Below, piece after piece: positions 14,816 to 24,283 of a DNA stretch of 64,000 nucleotides (the stretch's first letter is position 1; each line of letters starts with the position of its first letter). The translations under genes and the position numbers were made by a program. The notes under the pieces are model-generated. The model was not told the DNA's origin. It made no database searches and saw only the letters and a program-made list of their open reading frames with translations. The stretch is taken from assembly GCA_000146045.2 (NCBI GenBank), contig BK006938.2, positions 704,001 through 768,000 of the forward strand, in the 5' to 3' direction. Origin of the DNA: TPA_inf: Saccharomyces (Eukaryota).

Positions 14816-16303
14816 CTACAGATATTCATATCCCTTGTAGTATTCCTTAGTTCCGTTAAATGCTATAGCTTTAATAGCTATCAGCATAATATTGCCATCT
14901 TTCACGGCCAGTTTCCAGAGAGACTTTCTTAAGTAAAGCTTTAAACCAGAACAAAATCTAAGGTCAAGTGGATCAGACACGTCAATGACCCTGTCATTGA
15001 ATTTATTTTTATCAGTTAGCAAAGTTTGAACTTGAGAAATCTTAATGCCGTTTATGTCCAAATCACAGAGATATATGCATGCTGGAAGTAAATAATGAGT
15101 TTCAATTTTCGTCTGCGTACTATCGGATGGGAACCGATACTGGTAATTTTTCAACTTAGGCGCACCAGAGGGTGTATTTGGCAAATGACTTCCAAATAAG
15201 GCCTCAAACTTATAGGCGGATTCTCCAGTTATGTCTACATGGATACTTTGGCTTTCCTTATTGAGGATTATCGTACAATCAGTCGAATTTATTTGAAATA
15301 TCAACTCTCTCGGATGCTTATCTAAAAAAGGTCTCTTATAACAAAGCATATTCCAGGAATCGTTATATTTTTCAGTCATGTCAAGTTTAATCTTTTTATT
15401 TGCTGGCTGTTCACGGGTTTTTGATAGCGAGTCGCATTCATTTATGCTACAGAAATCGTCTTCAAAGTAGGGCGAGGTTGAAAATGCAGAAGAAGCTGGA
15501 AAAGTGATGCCTTTTTTTGACAAATCCTTCAATAGGAGGCAAATCTCTTCTTTCCTTGTTATTGGGTTATAGCTAATATGAGATTTGATTAGCCGCTGTT
15601 CGAGATTTAAAAGCCTGTAATAACGGCACTCTTTTATCAAGGCATTTCTTTTATTATCATCTAGATCGATGGATGCTCCTCCCAGTAACGTCAGCAAATC
15701 TTTGAAGTACTCAGAAGATCTTGGAATGTAAGGAGCAGAATGAGATGGAGGCCTTAATAGTTTTTTAGATATTATCAGCTCTTCCACATCGATATAAACT
15801 GTAGCCGCATATATTTCGAAATAATTTGGGGAATCTCCTTCTCTTCTAAATAAATTTTTCGCTATCTTGAATGATTGTCCACCAATGTTGGTAAAATAAT
15901 AGTCCGTTTCTTTCAGTAAAGATCGCAATCGCGGTAAATTGTAGTACATCGCATCTGCGAAAAGCATGGTATATTGTACTTCATCCTTAATCTCAATTAT
16001 ATATCCTTGCAAATGTTGATAGATCCATTCAAAAACTTCGGCTGATCTGTCTATGAATAGAACCTCATTTTTATTAGATTCCATGGTATCGTTATTACTG
16101 TCATCGTTATTGGAAGGAGAGCGCTTCTTAGAAAAATATTCGGTGAAGAAACTAGGACCATCCGAGCTTAAAGAAGCACCGCTGATTTTGAATAATGATT
16201 TCCCCACCTGAATCTTATACATTTTCTCGTGTGGGAGTATTTGAGGAATATTCGGATCGAAATATTCTTGTGACAAAGTTGCTACTGTTGGAGAATTTGA
16301 CAT
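14816..16303 (-). CDS. Protein of unknown function (YDR132C), 495 aa.
   Basis: Uninterrupted 495-aa ORF with ATG at 16303-16301. Position and length match YDR132C. Confidence 0.85.
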   Translation of the reverse strand: MSNSPTVATLSQEYFDPNIPQILPHEKMYKIQVGKSLFKISGASLSSDGPSFFTEYFSKKRSPSNNDDSNNDTMESNKNEVLFIDRSAEVFEWIYQHLQGYIIEIKDEVQYTMLFADAMYYNLPRLRSLLKETDYYFTNIGGQSFKIAKNLFRREGDSPNYFEIYAATVYIDVEELIISKKLLRPPSHSAPYIPRSSEYFKDLLTLLGGASIDLDDNKRNALIKECRYYRLLNLEQRLIKSHISYNPITRKEEICLLLKDLSKKGITFPASSAFSTSPYFEDDFCSINECDSLSKTREQPANKKIKLDMTEKYNDSWNMLCYKRPFLDKHPRELIFQINSTDCTIILNKESQSIHVDITGESAYKFEALFGSHLPNTPSGAPKLKNYQYRFPSDSTQTKIETHYLLPACIYLCDLDINGIKISQVQTLLTDKNKFNDRVIDVSDPLDLRFCSGLKLYLRKSLWKLAVKDGNIMLIAIKAIAFNGTKEYYKGYEYL

Positions 16304-16961
16304 TTTCTATATGATTATATTGGGAACTTTCTTTGTTGGTAATATTTACGAGTGCCACAGACCGGTCTTTAATTCGCTATCTTTCGTTAGATTATGGTAT
16401 ATAACATTCACACATAAGATATACATTTTTTTCACTGCTCAGACTATTCAATTTTATTCGAGAGGAGAATCCATTAGAATTTTGACTTAGTAAGCAATTG
16501 CGGCTTACATGATTTTCCAAGAAGTTCAGTCGCCCGTGCAACAAAGACAAAAGCAAGCTAAGAAAAATGCCAGCTCAGTGGTCCGGATAAAATCTTAAAA
16601 GGATACGTTTGTAAAAGAAGCAATGATAAGCCGGCCAGATCGTAATAATGAATCACTAATATAAAACTATTATATTTCAGAAAAGAGGAAACCGAGATAG
16701 ACTCATCGTCCGCTTATTATGTAAGATATTGAATCCATGTTCTTGATTAGCGTAAACCGACTGGGCAAACAAAAAAACATTATTTTTGAATTAACGAACC
16801 TTAAACAACCTATATTAAGATATATGATAAAAATACAATGCAACCAGTATATATAAAAAAAGTTTAGTTGCGTGTAACCTAAGAGATATTAACTTTATAT
16901 TAATATTATTATAATAAACATTTAGTTATGGAGTGTTGCCTCCTAGAATTAGAATAAGAAA

Positions 16962-17297
16962 TTACCAGAATATCTTATTAATTGAAATAAAACGATTTTG
17001 TGGAAGCTGTATTGACGGAAAAGTACTTAACCATTTTTCTAAAAATATATTAAAGAAAAGGTTGAGTAAATTACAACAATAAAGCGGCAGCACCAGCCAA
17101 CAAAGCACCGGCAGCTGGCAAAGCCTTAACAGCGGCACCAGTGTAGGAGGTAACAGTTTGAGTGCTAGAACCTTGTTGGGTTGGCTTTTCAGTTGGCTTT
17201 TCGGTTGGCTTTTCAGTTGGAGCTGGAGAAGTGGTATTCTTTGGTGCTTCAGTGGTTGGCAATGGACACCAGGTGGTGTATTAAGTGATAACGTCAT
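16962..17297 (-). other. Dubious ORF (YDR133C, 111 aa) overlapping the YDR134C pseudogene in another frame.
   Basis: Low-complexity translation (PKSQLKSQPKSQLKSQ) produced by reading the Thr/Pro/Lys repeat DNA of YDR134C out of frame. Confidence 0.6.
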
Positions 17298-17481
17298 TTA
17301 CGGTGACGGTAGCAGTGGAAACCAAAGCTGGGGAAACTGTTTCAGAACAAACGTGGTCCTCACAAGAAGTGATAGTGACCAAAGTGGTAGATTCTTCTGT
17401 GACAGTAGCAGTGGTAATGTTAGAAGCGGCGGAGGCAACAGCGGCAATAGCAGCGATAGAAGCGACGGTAGAGAATTGCAT
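17071..17481 (-). pseudogene. CCW12-paralogous GPI cell-wall protein gene interrupted by an in-frame TAA (YDR134C).
   Basis: One frame reads MQFSTVASIAAIAAVASAASNITTATVTEE...DVIT, then TAA at 17283-17281, then YTTWCPLPTTEAPKNTTSPAPTEKPTEKPTEKPTQQGSS...GAAVKALPAAGALLAGAAALLL, then stop. It has a signal peptide, a Ser/Thr-rich body and a C-terminal GPI-type hydrophobic tail, like Ccw12. Codons are strongly biased. Confidence 0.85.
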
Positions 17482-17824
17482 TTTTAATTTGTAGTTATTT
17501 TGAAGCGAACGAAAGAAGATGTTTGTTATCCTTGGTTTTTTATTCTATGAAAAAATTTTAAAAAAGAGAGTCTAGCAGAGAGAAGTCGATGAAGAACAAC
17601 CACGATCCAGCAACGGTTTATATACTTCGAGAGATGACTAAACCATCCTATATGTTGTGGAAAGTGTACACAAAAAAATTGCAAAAAAAATAGTTAGAAA
17701 AAGAAAAGTGAGATAAGTACAAGGAAAAAAAAATAACAAACACCAGAAAAATTCCTGCGCGGTTTCTGTGAAGGGGCCGTTGATTCACCCTCTGCACTGG
17801 TCCCTGAAAGGGACTACCGACCAT

Positions 17825-17878
17825 ACGCGTAGCCCCTTTTCTCACTGGAAACCATCCGAACGCCGATGGAACACGCGT
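17825..17878. promoter_or_regulatory. Pair of perfect ACGCGT (MCB/MluI) motifs 48 bp apart, inside a GC-rich block.
   Basis: acgcgt at 17825-17830 and 17873-17878. They lie about 345-400 bp upstream of the YDR134C ATG. Confidence 0.35.
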
Positions 17879-19003
17879 CTAAAAGTGAGCACGGACCGGA
17901 CTCGCGGATTTAAAAGGGCTTCCCCACTGCAGCGTGTCCTGCAGCTCAAACCCAGCCATCAATTCGAAATAGGAAAACTCCTTCCTTTTTGAGCGATCGT
18001 GTTGTAGCAGCACTTCAAAACGGATGACTTTCTCCGCACTGAAACGCATGGGCAGTCCGGCAAGAGAAAACACCGCGTCGAAGCACGGTTATTCATGTTG
18101 GAGCAGTTCGCACCATGCTATTGTTTTGAAATGGCTGCCAAAAATATTCATGTTGCACGTTTCAATGCTTGACAGAAAGGCAATATGGCGGAGAACCAGT
18201 GTGAGTTGACCCCAACAAATGAAAAAAAAAAATATAATAAAAATAAAAATAAAAAAACAAACAAAAAGTAAGTCTCCTTCAAGGACAACTGAATAGGAAG
18301 TTTGAGCCGGTTTCCTATGCCTATAGCCTTGGATGAGTGAGGAGAAAACGTGCAGTTAATAAAATTAGCATACTTTAGGTTTTAGGATGAAACTTTTTCT
18401 CCCACAATCCTTATTTGTTATGACACCAGAGTGCCTAATTCAATCGAAAAACAGATAAGGGGAATTTCTGGAATTAGGGTGACAGAATGAGCTACGTAAA
18501 ATTAACGGCAATGCGAAGGGCATCTTCATATTATTTTTCTCACCTTGCTGCTATTCTAATTGCATTTCCGTTATTAAGGTTTGCCCCTTCTCCGAAGGTA
18601 AGCTGCGGAATTTCCTGATAAGTGCATTACCCCGCATAAGGTTCCCCTTACGATACCAGAAAAGGAATCAGTGTCGATCGTATTTTCGGCATGTGGATTA
18701 TCCTTGCACCTGTTCTCCGGAGAAATGTTGGTTTTTTTCTGTAAGGGGTATGTGGTGAGGAGGTAAGCCATTATCATCGTTGCCTTCATTATATCTTTTT
18801 ATTGCTGGCCGATCTCTGATATTATGATGAATATTATGAAAAGTGTTCCTTTTTTCTTGCCTAAGTGACGTGACGTCTCCTTTCTAGGCAAGCTATGCAG
18901 CCAGTATCTCGTTGAAAATTAAAGTACTTTTCTTATTTACTTATTTATTTTATCCATCCTACGTACCAGATTGTGCGGGACAGGTTTTTATTAGTTTCAC
19001 AGT

Positions 19004-22000
19004 TTAATTTTCATTGACCAAACCAGCCTCCATGCACAGTGAATAGAACAATGATTTGTTATCACTTAATAACTGGCCCGGAGAGTCAAACTCGGCTACT
19101 TTACCATTGTCCAACACTATGATTCTATCACTGTCCATTATCGTGTTCAGTCTATGCGCGATGGTCAAGATAGTTCTGTCCTTGAAAGCAGTACGAATCG
19201 TCTCTTGGACGACTTTATCTGTCTCCACGTCGACTGCGGCCGTGGCTTCATCAAGCACCAAAATCTTTGATGGAACCAACATTGCTCTTGCAAGACATAA
19301 TAATTGTCTTTGTCCAACACTTAAGTTGCCACCACCTTCGGTTAGTTGGGCATCTAATCCGTCATTGCTCATTGATAGCACGTGTTCTTTCAAATGAGAA
19401 AGTTCCAATGCCCTCCAAATAGCTTCATCAGTGTATTGGTTAATGGGATCAATGTTCTCACGAACAGTGCCCTCAAAAACTTGAGAATCCTGAGGTATGA
19501 TTGACAATTTATGTCTCAAATCATATAACCCAATCTCGTTGATGGCAATGTTGTCGATTACGATGTTTCCCTCGCTAGCCTCAATCATCCTGAATAATGC
19601 TAGCGTTAATGAGGATTTTCCCGCACCCGTTCTACCCACGATACCAACTTTTTCATTTGGTTTAATGTGTATATTAATGTGCTTCAGAACAAGATCAAGC
19701 TCCGGCCTATAACGAGTGGAATAATTATTAAACTTTATATCACCCTGGCTCGGCCATTCTTTGGGTGGTCTGTGGCCTTCAACTATTAAAGGTGCCTCGC
19801 TCTTCAAATCAGCATATTCCTTTATTCTTTCCACTGAAACAATATTCGTTTCAACTTCCACAGTCATTCTAACAATCCAATTTAACGTTTGAGTGATTTG
19901 TAAAGCATAGCTTAATGATAAACCCACCATACCTGCCGTTAATGTGCCTTGTTTTAGTCTAAAAACGGATAAAGTTGCAGCACCTAGAATGATAATTGAA
20001 CCAATAAGTTCCAACCTATATGCTAGCCAACGGTTAGCATTGATAGAGGGATAGAACGCACTCATGTTATTATCAATGCGGCATTGATTAATGTGGGAAA
20101 ACCTTTTCTGTTGAGAATAACCTCTAACCGTTGCAAGGCCACCCAAAGTCTCTTGGAAATGAGAGTAGATTGGAGACCTAGTAATAGAGTCTAAACGACG
20201 CAACTCCCTTGATGTTCTCAGGTAATACTGCTGGTAGTAGATGTAAAACACACTTAGTGGAATGATAATGAAGATAAATTGCCATGTCGTCGCACAGATA
20301 ACCGTAATAGTGAATGTGACTTTCACTGCATTGACGAAAAACTGAGAAAATGTTCTTCCTAATAAAGCATCCACTTTGTATATGTCATTTGAGAATCTGT
20401 TTAGAATTCTACCGATTGGTGTTGTTTCAAAAAACGTCATTGGGGCTCTCAACACAGAGTTTGTCATCAAGTTGTGTAAATATTTGGAGGCATGAATGGT
20501 ACAAAAAACCCAGAGAACGATTGTCTGGATTAATGTTGCCAGTGCTGAACCAATACCAAGTGCAAAATAAATGGCCAAGTAACGCGCGGCATTTGGATTA
20601 GATCCATAGCGGCTATTAACTTCAGACCAATGTTTCAACCAAACGTTACCCATAACAGAGAGGAACATCGATATAACAATAAACAATATGAATACACAAA
20701 CGCTTTTCGGGTTGCAAGCTTTAGCGTACTCTAGGTAAATGTTCCACTTTACTTTTCCCTGTTCACGATGCTCTCTTTTAGCAATATTTTCATCGTCACC
20801 AAAATCGATGCTTCCCAAAGTTGCATCACTGGCCCTCCTTAAACTTATGGCGTCAGAGTTGCCAAAATCCAAATCATTTAATTTCTGCAGTTGTTCCAGC
20901 TCTCCTTCTACAGGTATACTACTTTCTCGAACTGAGCTTTCAGAGGAGTCACCGAATTCATTCGACTTACCGTTATTTTTTTTACCATAGTTGTTGAGCA
21001 ATTTCCATAATGGCGAATCAGCGTCCTTCGTAATCTCATCATATGTACCCTGCTGTGTGATTTCTCCATTATCTAATAATGCAATAGAATCTGCGATGGA
21101 TAACGCGCTCACCTTATTAGTGGCTAATACCTTCGTTTTTGTATGTAATAAACCATTTGGACCCAACACATGTTCGATCAAGTGCCTGGCAACGTGTTCA
21201 TCAACAGCTGCCAAAGGATCATCAAGTAAATAAGTGTCAGCTCTCGCATAAACTGCTCTTGCTAAAGACAAACGAGCTTTTTGTCCTCCAGATAAGGAGA
21301 TCCCTTTCTCGCCAACTAATGTCTTATCTCCATCCATCAAAATTGCAAGATCAATAGTTAACGCACAGGCCTTGATCGTTTTTTCGTAAAATTCCGCGTC
21401 GTATCTATGCCCAAATAAAATGTTTTCCTTTACAGTACCATTCATTATCCATGGAACTTGTGAAACATAAGCAACAGAACCATGAACGGTGGCGAAACCT
21501 TTAACCCTGAATAGATCACCTAACATGCATGACAATAGAGCTGTTTTACCACTGCCAACTTTACCAACAATACAGGTCAAATTTCCTTTTTTAGCTTGGA
21601 AATTAATATTCTTTAAGGCTACTTTGTATTCCGGTTTCCGTTGCCATAAAAAGGTAGCATCATCTCCAATGTTAATGGCTACATCGCCAATATTTTTTAC
21701 TTTTGGTAAACGCTGAACCGAATCTGGTTGTAGCTCTTCATTGGTAAAGAATGTAAATAATCTACCAATAGAAACAGAAGCTTCGATAAAAGAATTTAAA
21801 ACCATAGGAATAATCATTAGTGGGAATGAGAGCAGGTTGAACAGAGTCAAAGCAGGGAAAACTAAGTCAGTAGTCAATGCTCTATCCTCAGTATAAACAA
21901 ATACAGCAAAGGTACAACATGAAACAAGGAATGGTACTATATTGAACTGAAAACTTGTCACAGCCATATAACATCCTAGTTTTGTAAGATTTTTTAACTC

Positions 22001-23551
22001 TTTGTTATTTCTTACTTCTTCTAGCTTTTCCCTATAAGGCTTCTCCCATGCATATAACTTCAAAGATTTAATATTGTTTAGTATTTCACTTATAACACGG
22101 GTCCTTTCATCTTTGTACTTCATCTGGGATTTTTGCAACTTCTTTTGTATCCTCATCAAAAATGAGTTCAATGGCATCATAATAACTAGTATAATCACGC
22201 CAACCCACATGGAATTTCCCAACAACTTATACAGAGAATATAAGCAAATAATGATTTGAAAAGGCCCTGACCATATTAAATTTAGCCATTGTGTTAAATC
22301 TTGTAATTTTTGAACATCCACACTCATGAGATTGACAATGTCACCGGTAGAGGAAAGTCCAGAAGCCTCATTAGATAGCACTAAGGATTTTTGATATATT
22401 AAAGCCGTTAGGGCGCTCTTAATATACATGCCTGTGTTGAAGACATTCAGGAAATATTGATGCAGGACAGATGTCTGAGTAAAGCCCACCAGAAACATAG
22501 CAAACGCAATCAAAAACCCTCTTACAATGGGTAATTTTTGTGGGTGGTTATTTTCAAACCCTTGAAGAGAAGAATGGTCATCCTGTCTCTCACTGTTATA
22601 GTCTGTGACGAACTTGATTAAAATCCTTAGTAGTTGTGGTTGAGTAAATGCTAGAACATCATGAATTGCTTTAAAGAATGCGGCTAAAAGCATTTTAGAT
22701 CCAAAAGTTCTGCATATAGCCCATGATAATGAAGGATTTGATTTTTGCTTCAACTCATTTTCCCAGTTTTTCTCCAATTTTTGAGAGAGTTCTTCACTAC
22801 TAAAGTTCCTCGGTAATTTATATAAATCTGCTTCCACTAAGTATTTTTCATAGCCAGTTTTCATCAAACCTGACATCCAAGAGAAGGTAATCCTGGAAAA
22901 TATGTTTGCGCTATCGTATGGATTTGGTTTTCTTCTTGTTAAAGTTTGATGTATGTGTTGATGTGGCATTAGCGGCTTCTTTGGAAGAGCTTCAAGTAAC
23001 AGGATACTGGCACATGTTATTACTTGGAATAACGTTAGTATGAAACCCGTTTGTCCGGAATACCAAATGCCTTCGTAGGTGTGTCTAATTAGAATATTTA
23101 TTAGTTTAGCAAAATTACCGAATGTTTCAAAAAGCCAATAGAATAAAAGTACCGTATTGGCTACAACTGATCTATCGTATTCTATCCAGTGTAAGGCTAA
23201 AGCAACAAATAAAGATAACATTGTAGAAGCATATTGACTTACAATGGTAAAGTTTTCCGCTTCTTCTTTAGAAATATTTAAAGACGCAAGTGAAACAAAC
23301 GCTATCTCCAACAGAACTAGTGCCATCCTAGAGACAATAATCCAATTCCGCCTATATTTGATGCCAGAGTGTTTTTTCTTGCAAAGGTTAACTAAATCTC
23401 TGATACCGAAGGTTATCATGAAAATTGCTGATAGATTTAGGATCACACCGTCGATGAAGCATTGAGTAAAGTCACCGTAAAAGGATATAGGTCCAAACCC
23501 TTCAGGAGATCTACAGAGCTTGCAGGCCCATGAAACAAGATTACCAGCCAT
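19004..23551 (-). CDS. YCF1: Vacuolar glutathione S-conjugate ABC transporter (ABCC/MRP family), 1515 aa.
   Basis: Two Walker A motifs (GKVGSGKT, GRTGAGKSS) and two ABC signatures (LSGGQKARLSLARA, LSVGQRQLLCLARA). Two membrane-spanning domains plus an N-terminal extension. Length matches. Confidence 0.96.
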   Translation of the reverse strand: MAGNLVSWACKLCRSPEGFGPISFYGDFTQCFIDGVILNLSAIFMITFGIRDLVNLCKKKHSGIKYRRNWIIVSRMALVLLEIAFVSLASLNISKEEAENFTIVSQYASTMLSLFVALALHWIEYDRSVVANTVLLFYWLFETFGNFAKLINILIRHTYEGIWYSGQTGFILTLFQVITCASILLLEALPKKPLMPHQHIHQTLTRRKPNPYDSANIFSRITFSWMSGLMKTGYEKYLVEADLYKLPRNFSSEELSQKLEKNWENELKQKSNPSLSWAICRTFGSKMLLAAFFKAIHDVLAFTQPQLLRILIKFVTDYNSERQDDHSSLQGFENNHPQKLPIVRGFLIAFAMFLVGFTQTSVLHQYFLNVFNTGMYIKSALTALIYQKSLVLSNEASGLSSTGDIVNLMSVDVQKLQDLTQWLNLIWSGPFQIIICLYSLYKLLGNSMWVGVIILVIMMPLNSFLMRIQKKLQKSQMKYKDERTRVISEILNNIKSLKLYAWEKPYREKLEEVRNNKELKNLTKLGCYMAVTSFQFNIVPFLVSCCTFAVFVYTEDRALTTDLVFPALTLFNLLSFPLMIIPMVLNSFIEASVSIGRLFTFFTNEELQPDSVQRLPKVKNIGDVAINIGDDATFLWQRKPEYKVALKNINFQAKKGNLTCIVGKVGSGKTALLSCMLGDLFRVKGFATVHGSVAYVSQVPWIMNGTVKENILFGHRYDAEFYEKTIKACALTIDLAILMDGDKTLVGEKGISLSGGQKARLSLARAVYARADTYLLDDPLAAVDEHVARHLIEHVLGPNGLLHTKTKVLATNKVSALSIADSIALLDNGEITQQGTYDEITKDADSPLWKLLNNYGKKNNGKSNEFGDSSESSVRESSIPVEGELEQLQKLNDLDFGNSDAISLRRASDATLGSIDFGDDENIAKREHREQGKVKWNIYLEYAKACNPKSVCVFILFIVISMFLSVMGNVWLKHWSEVNSRYGSNPNAARYLAIYFALGIGSALATLIQTIVLWVFCTIHASKYLHNLMTNSVLRAPMTFFETTPIGRILNRFSNDIYKVDALLGRTFSQFFVNAVKVTFTITVICATTWQFIFIIIPLSVFYIYYQQYYLRTSRELRRLDSITRSPIYSHFQETLGGLATVRGYSQQKRFSHINQCRIDNNMSAFYPSINANRWLAYRLELIGSIIILGAATLSVFRLKQGTLTAGMVGLSLSYALQITQTLNWIVRMTVEVETNIVSVERIKEYADLKSEAPLIVEGHRPPKEWPSQGDIKFNNYSTRYRPELDLVLKHINIHIKPNEKVGIVGRTGAGKSSLTLALFRMIEASEGNIVIDNIAINEIGLYDLRHKLSIIPQDSQVFEGTVRENIDPINQYTDEAIWRALELSHLKEHVLSMSNDGLDAQLTEGGGNLSVGQRQLLCLARAMLVPSKILVLDEATAAVDVETDKVVQETIRTAFKDRTILTIAHRLNTIMDSDRIIVLDNGKVAEFDSPGQLLSDNKSLFYSLCMEAGLVNEN

Positions 23552-23707
23552 TTTCTTGTTCTTTACGGTAGTACGATACCCCTAATTTATTCTCAAACTG
23601 TTAATTGAAAAATTGTAGGTTGTAAACCAGCTTCCACATAGCAGATGATCACAAGAGGTTATCGCACCTTTTATAGCAGCTGCTAACTTTTTTCATCAAT
23701 TTCGTAA

Positions 23708-23714
23708 TTACTAA
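23708..23714. promoter_or_regulatory. Yap1 response element TTACTAA, about 157 bp upstream of the YCF1 ATG.
   Basis: Exact TTACTAA read by eye. YCF1 is a known Yap1 target with a promoter Yap1 site. Confidence 0.5.
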
Positions 23715-24283
23715 GCCGTAACCTTCCACCGCCCAAGCATCACACCAGGAGTTACATATTTTTGTATTATCATAAAGAAACACACGCCAAGATATCTACA
23801 GAAACCAGATGTTAGCATTAGATATATATATTCGTATTGATGCAGCATAACAAGCGTACTATGGATTGCAAAGTAATGTAGATTCCTGACCAGTAGATCT
23901 GCTCGCGCAAGAGAAACATTCATGAACTCTAACGACAATAACAGTAAATCCACCTCACGGAGAACGATAAAAGTCTTCATTTCTCCATGAGGTGGAAACG
24001 TTGTTTGAATATTAAACATAATACTTGAACTTCTTGTGTAATTTTTATTTTTTAATCGAAGTCTACTCCGAAGTCTCCTATAAAGCGTAAGGCGCGTCTC
24101 CAAAGTGCTATTTTTCAAGATCAATTCAGCTTCAAAGAAGCTTTGATACCTACGGGGCAATGCAAAGGCTGCCAGTCGAAACAAACAGCGAAAGCTAGCC
24201 CATAATTTCTTGAGCTGTTGATTTTGATTGTGATATTTTTCATACTTTAGAAGAAGATATGCGTGCGCACAGAATCGATACAT
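23711..24283 (-). other. VPS61: Dubious ORF (YDR136C/VPS61, 190 aa) spanning the YCF1-RGP1 divergent promoter and the first codons of RGP1.
   Basis: 190-aa ORF on the minus strand overlapping the RGP1 start at 24259. It has no recognisable domains. Confidence 0.6.

Noticed and set aside
17158-17487. Plus-strand ORFs of 109 and 69 aa (WLFSWLFGWLFSW..., MITSFTVTVAV...) antisense to YDR134C.
   Set aside because: Low-complexity mirror of the Thr/Pro/Lys repeat coding DNA. The sense strand has the signal-peptide and GPI logic.
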